A DNA stretch of 64,000 nucleotides, taken from assembly GCA_045533905.1 (NCBI GenBank), contig JAZSIR010000016.1, positions 1 to 64,000 of the forward strand. Direction: 5' to 3'. The DNA is from Clostridia bacterium. GTDB taxonomy: Bacteria; Bacillota; Clostridia; UMGS1883; UMGS1540. Shown here in pieces: positions 36,202 to 45,673 of this stretch. Positions within the stretch are counted from its first letter, which is position 1; every line of letters begins with the position of its first letter. The position numbers and the translations under genes were made by a program. The notes beneath the pieces were generated by a model. That model saw nothing but the letters and a program-made list of their open reading frames with translations. It was not told the origin of the DNA and made no database searches.

Positions 36202-37233
36202 TTATACGAGGCGAACACCTTCGTCGCCGCTTTCTACGGTACCGATTTTGTATACCGTTTCGCCGGCTGCTTCCAAAATTGCTTTTGCTTCATCTGCCGC
36301 ATCCTTCGGAACGGCCACAATCATACCAATACCCATATTGAAGGTGTTGTACATTTCGGAAGCGGGGATGTTGCCGGTCTTCTGCATCAGGGTGAAGATT
36401 GGCGGCATCGGGTAAGAAGCCGTGTCAATCACTGCAGTAAGACCTTCGCGCATCATACGCGGTACGTTTTCGATAAAGCCGCCGCCTGTGATATGGCTGA
36501 TGGCGCGAACTTCCACCTTTTCCATAAGGGCGAGGATGGCCTTTACGTAAATGCGCGTCGGCGCGAGGAGTGCTTCGCCAAGCGTTTTGCCAAGCTCGTC
36601 ATAGTGCTTTGCAAGTACCTCAGGCGCAGAAATATTGAAGAGCTTACGAACGAGCGAGAAGCCGTTCGAATGTACGCCCGAGGAGGCAAGGCCTAAAAGA
36701 ACATCGCCTTCCGAAAGCTTTGTGCCGTCAATAATGCGCTTTTTATCAACAATACCCACAGCAAAGCCCGCAAGGTCATATTCGTCCACGGGGTAAAAGC
36801 CGGGCATTTCAGCCGTTTCGCCGCCGATTAAGGCGCAGCCGGACTGTACACAGCCGTCTGCAACACCCTTTACAATGTCGGCTACCTTTTGCGGCTCATT
36901 TTTGCCAACGGCCACATAGTCGAGGAAAAAGAGCGGCTTTGCACCGGAGCAAACGATGTCGTTTACACACATCGCTACACAGTCCTGCCCCACAGTATCG
37001 TGCTTGTCCATTAAAAAGGCAAGCTTCAGTTTGGTGCCGACACCGTCTGTGCCGGAAACCAGAACGGGTTCTTCCATACCGGTAAGATTCGGAGCAAAAA
37101 GACCGCCGAAACCGCCGATGGGGGAGAGAACGCCGCTTGTTGTAGTTCTCTTTACGTGTTCCTTCATAAGGCGAACTGCCTCGTATCCGGCCTCAATATT
37201 TACGCCGGCTGCGCTGTAAGCATTATTACTCAT
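36202..37233 (-). CDS. purM: Phosphoribosylformylglycinamidine cyclo-ligase
   Basis: [44 protein letters not shown]. Confidence 0.97.
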   Translation of the reverse strand: MSNNAYSAAGVNIEAGYEAVRLMKEHVKRTTTSGVLSPIGGFGGLFAPNLTGMEEPVLVSGTDGVGTKLKLAFLMDKHDTVGQDCVAMCVNDIVCSGAKPLFFLDYVAVGKNEPQKVADIVKGVADGCVQSGCALIGGETAEMPGFYPVDEYDLAGFAVGIVDKKRIIDGTKLSEGDVLLGLASSGVHSNGFSLVRKLFNISAPEVLAKHYDELGKTLGEALLAPTRIYVKAILALMEKVEVRAISHITGGGFIENVPRMMREGLTAVIDTASYPMPPIFTLMQKTGNIPASEMYNTFNMGIGMIVAVPKDAADEAKAILEAAGETVYKIGTVESGDEGVRLV

Positions 37234-38650
37234 TTTCACCGATTCTCCTTTCCTGGAAAGAGCGAAGTTCACGCTCTGCGGGAATTTCTATATCATATTT
37301 ACCCGTGAAGCACGCATCGCAGAAGCCGCGCGTTCTGTCGGGCAAAAGGGAACCAAGGTCTTCAATGCGGAGGAATGCAAGGGAATCTGCACCGAATTTC
37401 TCCCGCATTTCTTCGGGGGTGTACTTGTACGCGATGAGTTCGTCACGTGTCGGGATATCTGTGCCGAAGTAGCACGGCCAGAGGAAGAGGGGGGAGGAAA
37501 TGCGCATATGCACTTCCGTAGCGCCGGCTTTTTTCAGCATCATAATCAGCTTTCTGCAGGTGGTACCGCGTACGATGGAGTCGTCTACGATAACCACACG
37601 CTTGCCGCGCACGTTTGCGGCAAGAACATTGAGCTTTATATCCACGCTCTGCTCGCGCATTGCCTGCGAGGGCTGAATGAAGGTGCGGCCGATGTAGCGG
37701 TTTTTGATAAGACCGGTACCGTACGGAATACCGCTTTCTTCCGCATAGCCGATGGCGGCACAGATGCCGGAATCGGGAACGCCGATTACGATGTCTGCCT
37801 CTACAGGGTCAGACTTTGCAAGGGCGCGGCCCGCCTGCACGCGTGCATCATATACGCTCGTTCCTTCAATGATGCTGTCGGGACGGGCAAAATAAATGTA
37901 TTCAAAAATGCAGAGTGCACTTTTATCTGTGCAGTTTTCTGTGATGGAGCGGATGCCGTTTTCGTCAGCGATTACAACTTCACCCGGCTCCACATCGCGC
38001 ACATAGGTTGCGCCGATGGCGTCCAGTGCGCACGTTTCGGAGGCGAAGATGTAGCTGTTTTCCTTTTTGCCGATGCATAAAGGACGGTACCCGAGGGGAT
38101 CACGTGCGGCCATAAGCTTTCTGGGGCTCATTACAAGAACAGAGTAGCCGCCGCGGAGCTTTTTCAGAACACGTACAAGCGCCTCTTCAATGGAAGGTGC
38201 ATTTACACGTTCGCGTGCAAGAAGATAGTTGATAATTTCTGTGTCACTCGTCGTCTGGAAAATGGCGCCGTCCGCCTCGAGCTTTGCGCGCTCGCCGACA
38301 GGGTCGGCAAGGCTGCCGTTATAGGCTGTGGCGAGTGTACCTTTACTGTAGCGTGTTACAAGCGGCTGCGCATCCTCGCGCACCTTGCTGGATGCAGCAT
38401 AGCGCACATGGCCGAGAGCGGCCGTGCCCTTCAGGTGGTTCAGAACAACCTCATTGAAAACATCGGGCACAAGACCCTGGTCCTTGTGATAAATAATCAC
38501 GCCGTCGTCGTTTACTGCAATGCCCGCGCTTTCCTGACCGCGGTGCTGCAGCGCATAGAGGGCGTAGTAAGTCAGATGTGCAGGATCGAGGCCGTCGCGG
38601 TCAAATATACCGAAAAGGCCACATTCCTCGTGTAATTTTCCGTCGTACAT
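37226..38650 (-). CDS. purF: Amidophosphoribosyltransferase
   Basis: HEECG propeptide/Cys, [31 protein letters not shown]. Confidence 0.97.
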   Translation of the reverse strand: MYDGKLHEECGLFGIFDRDGLDPAHLTYYALYALQHRGQESAGIAVNDDGVIIYHKDQGLVPDVFNEVVLNHLKGTAALGHVRYAASSKVREDAQPLVTRYSKGTLATAYNGSLADPVGERAKLEADGAIFQTTSDTEIINYLLARERVNAPSIEEALVRVLKKLRGGYSVLVMSPRKLMAARDPLGYRPLCIGKKENSYIFASETCALDAIGATYVRDVEPGEVVIADENGIRSITENCTDKSALCIFEYIYFARPDSIIEGTSVYDARVQAGRALAKSDPVEADIVIGVPDSGICAAIGYAEESGIPYGTGLIKNRYIGRTFIQPSQAMREQSVDIKLNVLAANVRGKRVVIVDDSIVRGTTCRKLIMMLKKAGATEVHMRISSPLFLWPCYFGTDIPTRDELIAYKYTPEEMREKFGADSLAFLRIEDLGSLLPDRTRGFCDACFTGKYDIEIPAERELRSFQERRIGENE

Positions 38651-38673
38651 ATTGTATTCCCCCTGGTATCAGA

Positions 38674-39174
38674 TTAAAGATTTCGAAGTTCGTCCTGAAG
38701 CTTTGCATCCTTTTCGCCTACTTCGCGGAGCATAGAAAGCTTGTGTTCTTCCAACTTTTCCGCAACCGAAGGATTCGAAAGCGCAATTATCTGTGCAGCT
38801 AAAATGGCTGCATTTTCACCGCCGTCAATTGCCACGGTTGCTACCGGAATCCCCTTCGGCATCTGTACGATGGAGAGAAGGGAATCGAGCCCGTCCATTG
38901 TCGAGGATTTAATCGGGATACCGATTACCGGGAGGGTAGTAAAGGCAGCAAGCACACCCGGAAGATGTGCGGCTTTGCCTGCGGCGCCGATAATTACGGA
39001 GAAACCGCGTTCCTTTGCGTTTTTGGCAAAAGTGGCAGCGGCATCCGGTGTGCGGTGCGCGGAAAGAACGCGTGCTTCCACCTCGATGCCGAATTTACGG
39101 AGTGCCAAAATGCACGGGCGAAGTGCCGGTAAATCGGAATCGCTTCCCATAATAAGTGCTACTTTCGGAGACAT
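38674..39174 (-). CDS. purE: N5-carboxyaminoimidazole ribonucleotide mutase
   Basis: MGSDSD, SAHRTP, AAHLPG, SIVQMPKGIPVATVAI. Confidence 0.97.
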   Translation of the reverse strand: MSPKVALIMGSDSDLPALRPCILALRKFGIEVEARVLSAHRTPDAAATFAKNAKERGFSVIIGAAGKAAHLPGVLAAFTTLPVIGIPIKSSTMDGLDSLLSIVQMPKGIPVATVAIDGGENAAILAAQIIALSNPSVAEKLEEHKLSMLREVGEKDAKLQDELRNL

Positions 39175-39187
39175 ATGAACCATCCTT

Positions 39188-40138
39188 TCAGATCATAAAA
39201 GTATATATAAAGGGTAGAGTTACAAGGCTTGCCGCTGTCGTTATGCAAATGGCGGTTGCGGCATATTCGGTATCTCCGCCGAACTCCTCCGTCAGAACGG
39301 CAAAAACCGACTGGCAGGGCATAGCAATCTGCATCGCTACCACAGAGGGCAGGATGGCATCCATCGGGAGCTCGAGCGAAGGAAGAAGCCAGCGAAGGGC
39401 GAAGAGCGCCCCGAGCGGCATTAAAATCATCTTGATCAGAATAATGGTAATTGCAGAAAGCGAGGATAAAAGAGCGGCAGGCTTTACCGAGGCGAGCGAA
39501 GCGCCGAGGAAAAGCATAGATAACACCGTGGTGGTGTTGCCGATAGAAGAAGCGGCTTCGTGCAGAAAATCGGGAAGCCGGAGAGAAAAGATAAACATAA
39601 ACGCCCCGATAAGATACGAAAGCGTGGTGGGATTTAGGAGCCTTTGGAAATTGAATTTTCCGTTCTTTGTGCGGCTTAAAATCAGAACGCCCACGGTCCA
39701 GGCTGTAAGGTCATTTGCAATTGTGAAGAACGCGGCATAAAATACAGCTTCGGGTCCCCAAAGTGCTTCGAGAAGGGGATATGCGAGGAAAATGGTGTTC
39801 CCGAATGCCGTAAGGCAGGTGTGCACGTTTTTTCGTTTATTGCCGAAGCGGAAGGGCGCCGCCGAAACGCTCCCAAGAAAAAGGAGAATACCCACAAACA
39901 AAATACCGAGCACAAAAATGGCGATGGCGGTGTTTTGCGTTTCAGCCGTTTTCACCTGTCCCGAAAGCGTGGTGATAACGAGAAGCGGAAGCGTGATGCG
40001 GGTAAGAAGCTGGGAAGTAGCGCCTTTCAGGTTTTTCACGAGCCCTGTTTTGTCCGCTATGAGCCCTACCAGCATAATCACAAAAAGCCATACGATTTTC
40101 TCTAAGATTACGCTCAAAAAGACCACGCATCCTTCCAT
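39188..40138 (-). CDS. AEC (auxin efflux carrier) family transporter
   Basis: ITLPLL, FGNT.FLAYP, NP, GNTTTVLSMLFLG, IAMP; ~10 TM; start codon uncertain. Confidence 0.85.
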   Translation of the reverse strand: MEGCVVFLSVILEKIVWLFVIMLVGLIADKTGLVKNLKGATSQLLTRITLPLLVITTLSGQVKTAETQNTAIAIFVLGILFVGILLFLGSVSAAPFRFGNKRKNVHTCLTAFGNTIFLAYPLLEALWGPEAVFYAAFFTIANDLTAWTVGVLILSRTKNGKFNFQRLLNPTTLSYLIGAFMFIFSLRLPDFLHEAASSIGNTTTVLSMLFLGASLASVKPAALLSSLSAITIILIKMILMPLGALFALRWLLPSLELPMDAILPSVVAMQIAMPCQSVFAVLTEEFGGDTEYAATAICITTAASLVTLPFIYTFMI

Positions 40139-40317
40139 CAAAAATACACACTAGAGTATATCACAAAACACATCCCTTTGTAAATAGAAAATGCAAAAAG
40201 AAGGGAATTTTGTTGACAAAATATATAAATAGGAGAAAGAGGGGAGAAAAAATAGGGCAAACATACCAAAGTATGTGCATATACTATATATACAACTTCG
40301 GAAAAGGAGAGAACAAG

Positions 40318-41076
40318 GTGCGCATTTTTGTAGTCCATAAATCTATAATTCTGACGGGGATTGTCGCGGTGCTCCTTGCAGTATTTCTGGCACTTGGCAG
40401 CATACCCGCCGCACGGCCTGCGGCGGGGGAGGCTGTGCGCGATGTGCCGATTTATTCCGTGGAGACAGGGGAGAAAAAGGTGGCGCTTACCTTTAATGCT
40501 GCATGGGGAGACGAGGATATCGAAAGCATATTGCACACACTTTCGGAACAAGGCGTTTTCTGTACCTTCTTTCTCGTGGGGGAGTGGGCGGAGCGCTTTC
40601 CGGACAAAGTGAAAATGATCCGGGAGGCGGGGCACGAGATTGCGGCACATTCCTATGCCCACGCGCATTTCGGGGCACTTTCAGCCGAGGAAATCCGGCG
40701 GGATATTGCCGCGTGTGATGAAAGCATCCGTAAAATCACGGGCGAGGCACCTTTTCTCTTCCGTGCGCCATACGGCGAGTACACGGAAGAGGTGGTGCGC
40801 ACAGTGCGGGAAGCGGGCAAGGAAATTATCCAGTGGGATGTGGACAGTCTCGACTGGAAGGGCAGAACGCCCGAAGAAATGCTTTCGCACGTTCTGCCGC
40901 GTCTCTCATCCGGCTCCATTCTCCTTTTTCACACGGGAACCGCGCACACAGCCGAAGCCCTGCCGGGCATTCTGGAAAAAATAGAAAAAGAAGGCTATGC
41001 CTTTTCTACTGTAGGCGACCTTATCCATCAGGGGAAATATACTGTGGACCATACGGGCCGTCAGCATCCGCTTTGA
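40318..41076 (+). CDS. Polysaccharide deacetylase, PdaB-like (sporulation)
   Basis: PIYSVET, ALTFNAAWG, HSYAH, FRAPYG, WDVDSLDWK, ILLFH; GTG start after AAGGAG. Confidence 0.88.
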   Translation: MRIFVVHKSIILTGIVAVLLAVFLALGSIPAARPAAGEAVRDVPIYSVETGEKKVALTFNAAWGDEDIESILHTLSEQGVFCTFFLVGEWAERFPDKVKMIREAGHEIAAHSYAHAHFGALSAEEIRRDIAACDESIRKITGEAPFLFRAPYGEYTEEVVRTVREAGKEIIQWDVDSLDWKGRTPEEMLSHVLPRLSSGSILLFHTGTAHTAEALPGILEKIEKEGYAFSTVGDLIHQGKYTVDHTGRQHPL

Positions 41077-41172
41077 TAAAAAGAACGGAAGCAAAATTTC
41101 TTGATTTTTCGGCGTTTCTTGCGAATTCGCCCAAAAAGCGGAAGGAAAAACTCGCTTTTTTTATAAAAAGTA

Positions 41173-41201
41173 TTGCTAAATTTTAACCGCTATGGTATAA
41201 T
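41173..41201 (+). promoter_or_regulatory. SigA promoter of solute-binding protein gene
   Basis: TTGCTA-17nt-TATAAT with extended TG. Confidence 0.7.
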
Positions 41202-41253
41202 GTACCCGAAATAGGGATACGAATGTCCCAAAAAAGTATAGGAGGAGATTTCC

Positions 41254-42540
41254 ATGAAAAAAGTTATTTGCGCAGCTTTGGCAGCATTGATGGTTCTCAC
41301 ACTGCTTCCGGGTTGTCAGAATGACAAGGGTGGCGAAGGCGTTACAGAACTTCTCATCGGTATCCCCGGTGCTGACGGCGTAACCGTAAAGCTTGCTGAG
41401 AACTTCAAGAACGCAAACGCTGACAAGTATAAGGTAACCACAGACGAAACAGCCTGGGGCGACTTTGTACAGAAGATCAAGTTACAGTTCGTTGCAAAGA
41501 ACGACGTAACACCGGTATTCTTTACCGACTCTATGCAGGCTATGACATTCGGTGCACAGGGCGCTGTAGCTGACCTTACCGAATGGGCAGACAAAGAGCT
41601 CGACAAGGAACTTTACACAAGCGCTCTTACTGCTATCACTGACACAGAAGGTCGCCTCTGGGGTGTACCGCACGGTGTAAACTCTGTTGCTGTTCTTTAC
41701 AACAAAGACGTTTTTGATGCCCGTGGCGTTGCATACCCGACAGAGGACTGGACATGGCAGGATATGCTGGATATGGCAAAGGAACTTACCTACGACAGCG
41801 ATGGCGACGGTGAAGTAGATGTTTACGGTATTCAGTACTCCTACAACATCACACTTGGCTGGCTGCCCTTCATGGCTGCAGTTGGTGTAAATCCGTACAA
41901 GGATGACTACAGAAACTCCAACCTCGATGACCCGAAGGTTAAAGAAGCTATGGAAAAATATGCACAGCCGATCAATGATGGTCTCCGCATGCCTGCAGCT
42001 GACCTTGCTGCATACGGCGGCAACCAGGCATTTGCTGATGGCAAGATCGCTATGAACCTTGTACAGTACAGTGTTGTTAACGGCATTAACATGAACTATC
42101 CGGGCCTCAACTATGACGCAGTTATTATGCCGATTGGTTGGAACGGCGAACGCTCTTGCATCTACGTACCGAACACCTGGCAGGTGTATGCAGGCCTCGA
42201 CGAGAATGTAAAGGCTGCAGCACTTGACTGGCTCAAGTACTTCCTCAGCGAAGAAGCTCAGATGCTTATCGCTGCAGAAGGAACAGGTCTCCCGTCCATG
42301 AAAACAGCTCTTGATGCAGTTCCGGCAGCACAGCCTGTTCCGGCAAATCTCGATGCTTTCTGGAAGGGCATTGACGAGCACGGTATGACACTTCTCGAAA
42401 ACCCGGCTTCTGCAACAACACGTACATTTATTGATGCTATGTGCAATGATATCCAGAATGGTGGCAACATTGACGAAGCAATCGCAGTTGCACATGACAG
42501 TATGCAGAAGGAGCTCGACTACTTCTACGAAAATCGCTAA
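41254..42540 (+). CDS. Sugar ABC transporter substrate-binding lipoprotein (family 1), stand-alone
   Basis: Lipobox LPGC, GRLWGVP, LYNKDVFD, DWTWQDM, FADGKIAM. Confidence 0.88.
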   Translation: MKKVICAALAALMVLTLLPGCQNDKGGEGVTELLIGIPGADGVTVKLAENFKNANADKYKVTTDETAWGDFVQKIKLQFVAKNDVTPVFFTDSMQAMTFGAQGAVADLTEWADKELDKELYTSALTAITDTEGRLWGVPHGVNSVAVLYNKDVFDARGVAYPTEDWTWQDMLDMAKELTYDSDGDGEVDVYGIQYSYNITLGWLPFMAAVGVNPYKDDYRNSNLDDPKVKEAMEKYAQPINDGLRMPAADLAAYGGNQAFADGKIAMNLVQYSVVNGINMNYPGLNYDAVIMPIGWNGERSCIYVPNTWQVYAGLDENVKAAALDWLKYFLSEEAQMLIAAEGTGLPSMKTALDAVPAAQPVPANLDAFWKGIDEHGMTLLENPASATTRTFIDAMCNDIQNGGNIDEAIAVAHDSMQKELDYFYENR

Positions 42541-42560
42541 ATCGTATCGGTTTTGAAACA

Positions 42561-42592
42561 AAAATGGCGTAGCCTTTTGGCTGCGCCATTTT
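42561..42592 (+). terminator. Rho-independent terminator
   Basis: AAAATGGCGTAGCC-TTTT-GGCTGCGCCATTTT. Confidence 0.8.
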
Positions 42593-42619
42593 ATATTTTA
42601 CAAAAGAATAAACGGACAC

Positions 42620-42674
42620 GCACGAAATAAAACCCTCCGTCATACAATGCAAATATACTTGTTTGACGGAGGGT
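42620..42674 (+). promoter_or_regulatory. SigE/SigK-type promoter of sigK overlapped by an anti-RBS inverted repeat
   Basis: CACG-16nt-CATACAAT; ACCCTCCGTCA (42632-42642) complementary to TGACGGAGGGT (42664-42674). Confidence 0.65.
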
Positions 42675-42680
42675 AAAGTT

Positions 42681-43373
42681 TTGTGGGTATATCTTTTGGG
42701 AATCCTGTTTCAGAATCTTTGTATGGTTTCATATGTCAGCCAGCCCGGCGCTTTTCCGAAGCCGCTTTCTCCGGAGGAAGAGGATGCATATGTAAAGGCG
42801 TGGGAAGCGGGCGACGAGGAGGCGCGGAATGTTCTCATAGAGCACAATATGCGCCTTGTTGCACATGTCGTTAAAAAGTACCAGGGAAGCGGTGTGGAAA
42901 ACGACGACCTGATTTCCATCGGCACCATAGGGCTTATCAAAGCCGTAAATACATATAATAGCGGTAAGAAAATCCGCATCGCCACATATGCCGCACGCTG
43001 CATTGAAAACGAGGTTTTGATGGTCCTGCGGGCGAACCGCAAGCTTCAGGGCGAGGTTTCTTTGCAGGAACCTATCGGGTTTGACAAAGAAGGAAACGAA
43101 GTACGGCTTTTGGATGTTCTGGACAGTAGCGATGAGGATATCACCGAAAGGCTTGACCTGAAATACCGCGTAAAATGTCTGTATGCGGCTATGCGCGCCG
43201 CACTTCGCCCGCGGGAAAAGCGCGTTCTTATGATGCGCTACGGCCTCGGCGGCGGGGAAGAAGAAACGCAGCGGGAGATTGCCAAAGCCCTCGGCATTTC
43301 CCGATCCTATGTCAGCCGCATCGAAAAGAAGGCAATGCACAAGCTTTCAGAAGCACTCGTAAAGGGGATGTAA
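42681..43373 (+). CDS. sigK: RNA polymerase sporulation sigma factor pro-SigK (uninterrupted)
   Basis: Hydrophobic pro-sequence then SYVS..AFPKPLS, LIEHNMRLVAHVVKKY, DLISIGTIGLIKA, TQREIAK.LGISRSYVSRIEKKA; TTG start after GGAGGG. Confidence 0.93.
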   Translation: MWVYLLGILFQNLCMVSYVSQPGAFPKPLSPEEEDAYVKAWEAGDEEARNVLIEHNMRLVAHVVKKYQGSGVENDDLISIGTIGLIKAVNTYNSGKKIRIATYAARCIENEVLMVLRANRKLQGEVSLQEPIGFDKEGNEVRLLDVLDSSDEDITERLDLKYRVKCLYAAMRAALRPREKRVLMMRYGLGGGEEETQREIAKALGISRSYVSRIEKKAMHKLSEALVKGM

Positions 43374-43393
43374 AAAGGCAATAAACTGCCACT

Positions 43394-43431
43394 AAAAAGG
43401 GTTGTGAAACTTAGTTTTCACAACCCTTTTT
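43394..43431. terminator. Bidirectional terminator
   Basis: AAAAAGGGTTGTGAAAC...TTTCACAACCCTTTTT. Confidence 0.85.
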
Positions 43432-43443
43432 AAATGTACAATT

Positions 43444-45225
43444 TTATTTTGCTTGTAGATTTGCCAGCTCGTAAAAATATCCCTTTTGCGCCATCAGGGA
43501 ATCATAATCCCCGATTTCTACGCATCGGCCGTGCTTCATCACCACGATGCGGTCAGCATTTCGAATGGTGGAGAGTCGGTGCGCCACCACGAAAGTGGTG
43601 CGGCCGTGAATGAGTTTATCCATAGCATCTTGCACCTTTTGCTCGGAAACATTATCAAGAGCACTCGTGGCTTCGTCCAGGAGAATAATCTGCGGGTCGC
43701 GGACCATGGCGCGGGCGATGGCAATGCGCTGGCGCTGCCCACCCGAAAGCCGTCCGCCGTGCTCGCCGATTTGCGTGTGAATGCCGTTTGGAAGTTCGTT
43801 TATAAGGTCGCGCAAATTCGCAAGGTCAATTACGCGTTCAATTTCCCTGTCCGGGATATGGTTAAGACCATAGGCGATGTTATCTCGAATGCTGCCGGAG
43901 AACAGAATATTTGTTTGCGATACCACGGCAATGTGGTGCCGGTAAGCGGTGAGGTTGATATCTCTGATATCATGTCCGTCTACAGTAAGCGTACCTTCCG
44001 TGGGGAAGTGGAAGCCGATTAAAAGGTTTAACGCCGTTGTTTTGCCGGAGCCGGATTCACCTACAAAAGCAATACATTCGCCCTTTTTTACATGCAATGA
44101 GAAATCTTCAAGGACGTGTGCCGCAGGGTCATCCGGATATGTAAAGCCGACATGATCAAAATCAAATGTACCTTCCACCGTGGGAAGTCGCTTTTTGCCA
44201 CGGTTATTTTCAATATCGTCAGAGGCTAAAATTTCCGAAACGGAGCCGAGCGATTCAAAACCGATGGAAAGCTGCGGGAGAAGAGATATAATAAGGTTTA
44301 CATTTCCGAGAAGTTGGGAAAAATAGGTTTGGAATAGTGCAATTTCGCCTACAGAGATTTTTCCTTTGTAGGCGAGGATGCCGGTAAAGCCAAGACAGAG
44401 CATCTGGAAAATATTCATAACGGCCCAGGCAGAGGCGCCGAAGAGGTTCTGCATCGTATCGGTGCGGACGGCTTTGTTTCGCACAGCTTCCAGTGTACGC
44501 GACATCCTGCGTGTTTCTACGCCTTCCAGCCCGTGCGCCTTTGTAACCGGAATCATTTCCACCATTTCCGCTACATCTGCGGACATATGCTCGATTTCTT
44601 TCCGGAATTCCGAAACGCGAAGGCGAATCGGAGTACGGAAGCAGCGGTTTAAAACAGCCGCAACCGGAATGGTGAAAAGAAAGAAGAGCGCAACTAGGGG
44701 GCTATGCATAATCGTGATTGATGCAGAAATGATGAGGCCCACAATTGCCTGCATAATGTGTACCATAACATTATTTGAAAGTGCTACAATATGGTCAACA
44801 TCACGCAGAATTTTGGATTGGATACGTCCCGAGGAAAAGTTCTTGTGGAACGAAATGGTAAGGTGCTGGAGTTTTCTCACAAGTGCATGGCGAAGCTGCA
44901 TTTCAATATCGCGCGCCACGCGGATAGAAAAGTAAACCTGAGCCTGATGCGACGGGATGTTTTGGGCAATAATCAAAGTGCCGAAAAAAACATACATGAT
45001 GATTTTCTGACCGGCATTATCGGTGGGACTTATTGCGGTGTTAATAATGGCCGTGGTTACAAGCGGCGTAACCCATGCCGGTAGATTTTTGAGAATAAAA
45101 AAGACAATAGAGAGCAGAAACCTGCCCACATTGCCACGAAATAGCTGTAGTAAAGTTTTTACCGGTTGTTTTCTTGCATCATAATGGAGAAAAATTTCCT
45201 CGAAATCCAGTTTTTGCTTTTGCAT
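43444..45225 (-). CDS. ABC transporter ATP-binding/permease (half-transporter exporter)
   Basis: N-terminal TMD; GESGSGKT, LSGGQRQR, LLDEATSALD, VAHRLST. Confidence 0.93.
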   Translation of the reverse strand: MQKQKLDFEEIFLHYDARKQPVKTLLQLFRGNVGRFLLSIVFFILKNLPAWVTPLVTTAIINTAISPTDNAGQKIIMYVFFGTLIIAQNIPSHQAQVYFSIRVARDIEMQLRHALVRKLQHLTISFHKNFSSGRIQSKILRDVDHIVALSNNVMVHIMQAIVGLIISASITIMHSPLVALFFLFTIPVAAVLNRCFRTPIRLRVSEFRKEIEHMSADVAEMVEMIPVTKAHGLEGVETRRMSRTLEAVRNKAVRTDTMQNLFGASAWAVMNIFQMLCLGFTGILAYKGKISVGEIALFQTYFSQLLGNVNLIISLLPQLSIGFESLGSVSEILASDDIENNRGKKRLPTVEGTFDFDHVGFTYPDDPAAHVLEDFSLHVKKGECIAFVGESGSGKTTALNLLIGFHFPTEGTLTVDGHDIRDINLTAYRHHIAVVSQTNILFSGSIRDNIAYGLNHIPDREIERVIDLANLRDLINELPNGIHTQIGEHGGRLSGGQRQRIAIARAMVRDPQIILLDEATSALDNVSEQKVQDAMDKLIHGRTTFVVAHRLSTIRNADRIVVMKHGRCVEIGDYDSLMAQKGYFYELANLQAK

Positions 45226-45352
45226 AACCGTCCACTCCTTTTCGGGGCGTTTTGCCCGCAGATTGCTTTCGCTTTCCTGAAAATCCCTTGAGTGTTACGG
45301 TCATTGTAGCATCCAAAAAAATAAAAGTCAAGCCTTTTTGTAAAAAAGAATA

Positions 45353-45673
45353 TTACGTTTCTGTTACGGGGTTCCAAAGGTATTTGGCAAGGTCAACTTG
45401 CCCGTCTGAGACGCGGATGCCGTCAGCCTCAAGAAGGGAAATCTGCACATTTTCGCCACCGAAAACAAATGCCTTCGAAACATACCCGTTGCGGTTTACC
45501 ACGCGGTAGCAGGGGATGGAGTCGGGGTCGGGATTTACGTGGAGCGCATAGCCTACCACGCGTGCCCATCTGGGATTGCCCGCGAGTGCCGCAATCTGCC
45601 CGTACGTGGCCACTTTACCGCGGGGGATTTTTCTTACAACCGCGTAAATGCGCGAAAAAACGGAATCACTCAT
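45353..45673 (-). CDS. MGMT/Ogt-family O6-alkylguanine DNA-binding protein (single domain)
   Basis: IPRGKVATYGQIA, ARVVGYAL, IPCYRVV, LEADG. Confidence 0.9.
   Translation of the reverse strand: MSDSVFSRIYAVVRKIPRGKVATYGQIAALAGNPRWARVVGYALHVNPDPDSIPCYRVVNRNGYVSKAFVFGGENVQISLLEADGIRVSDGQVDLAKYLWNPVTET

Noticed and set aside
42681-43373. skin-like element in sigK
   Set aside because: Reading frame is continuous and full length; no recombinase nearby.
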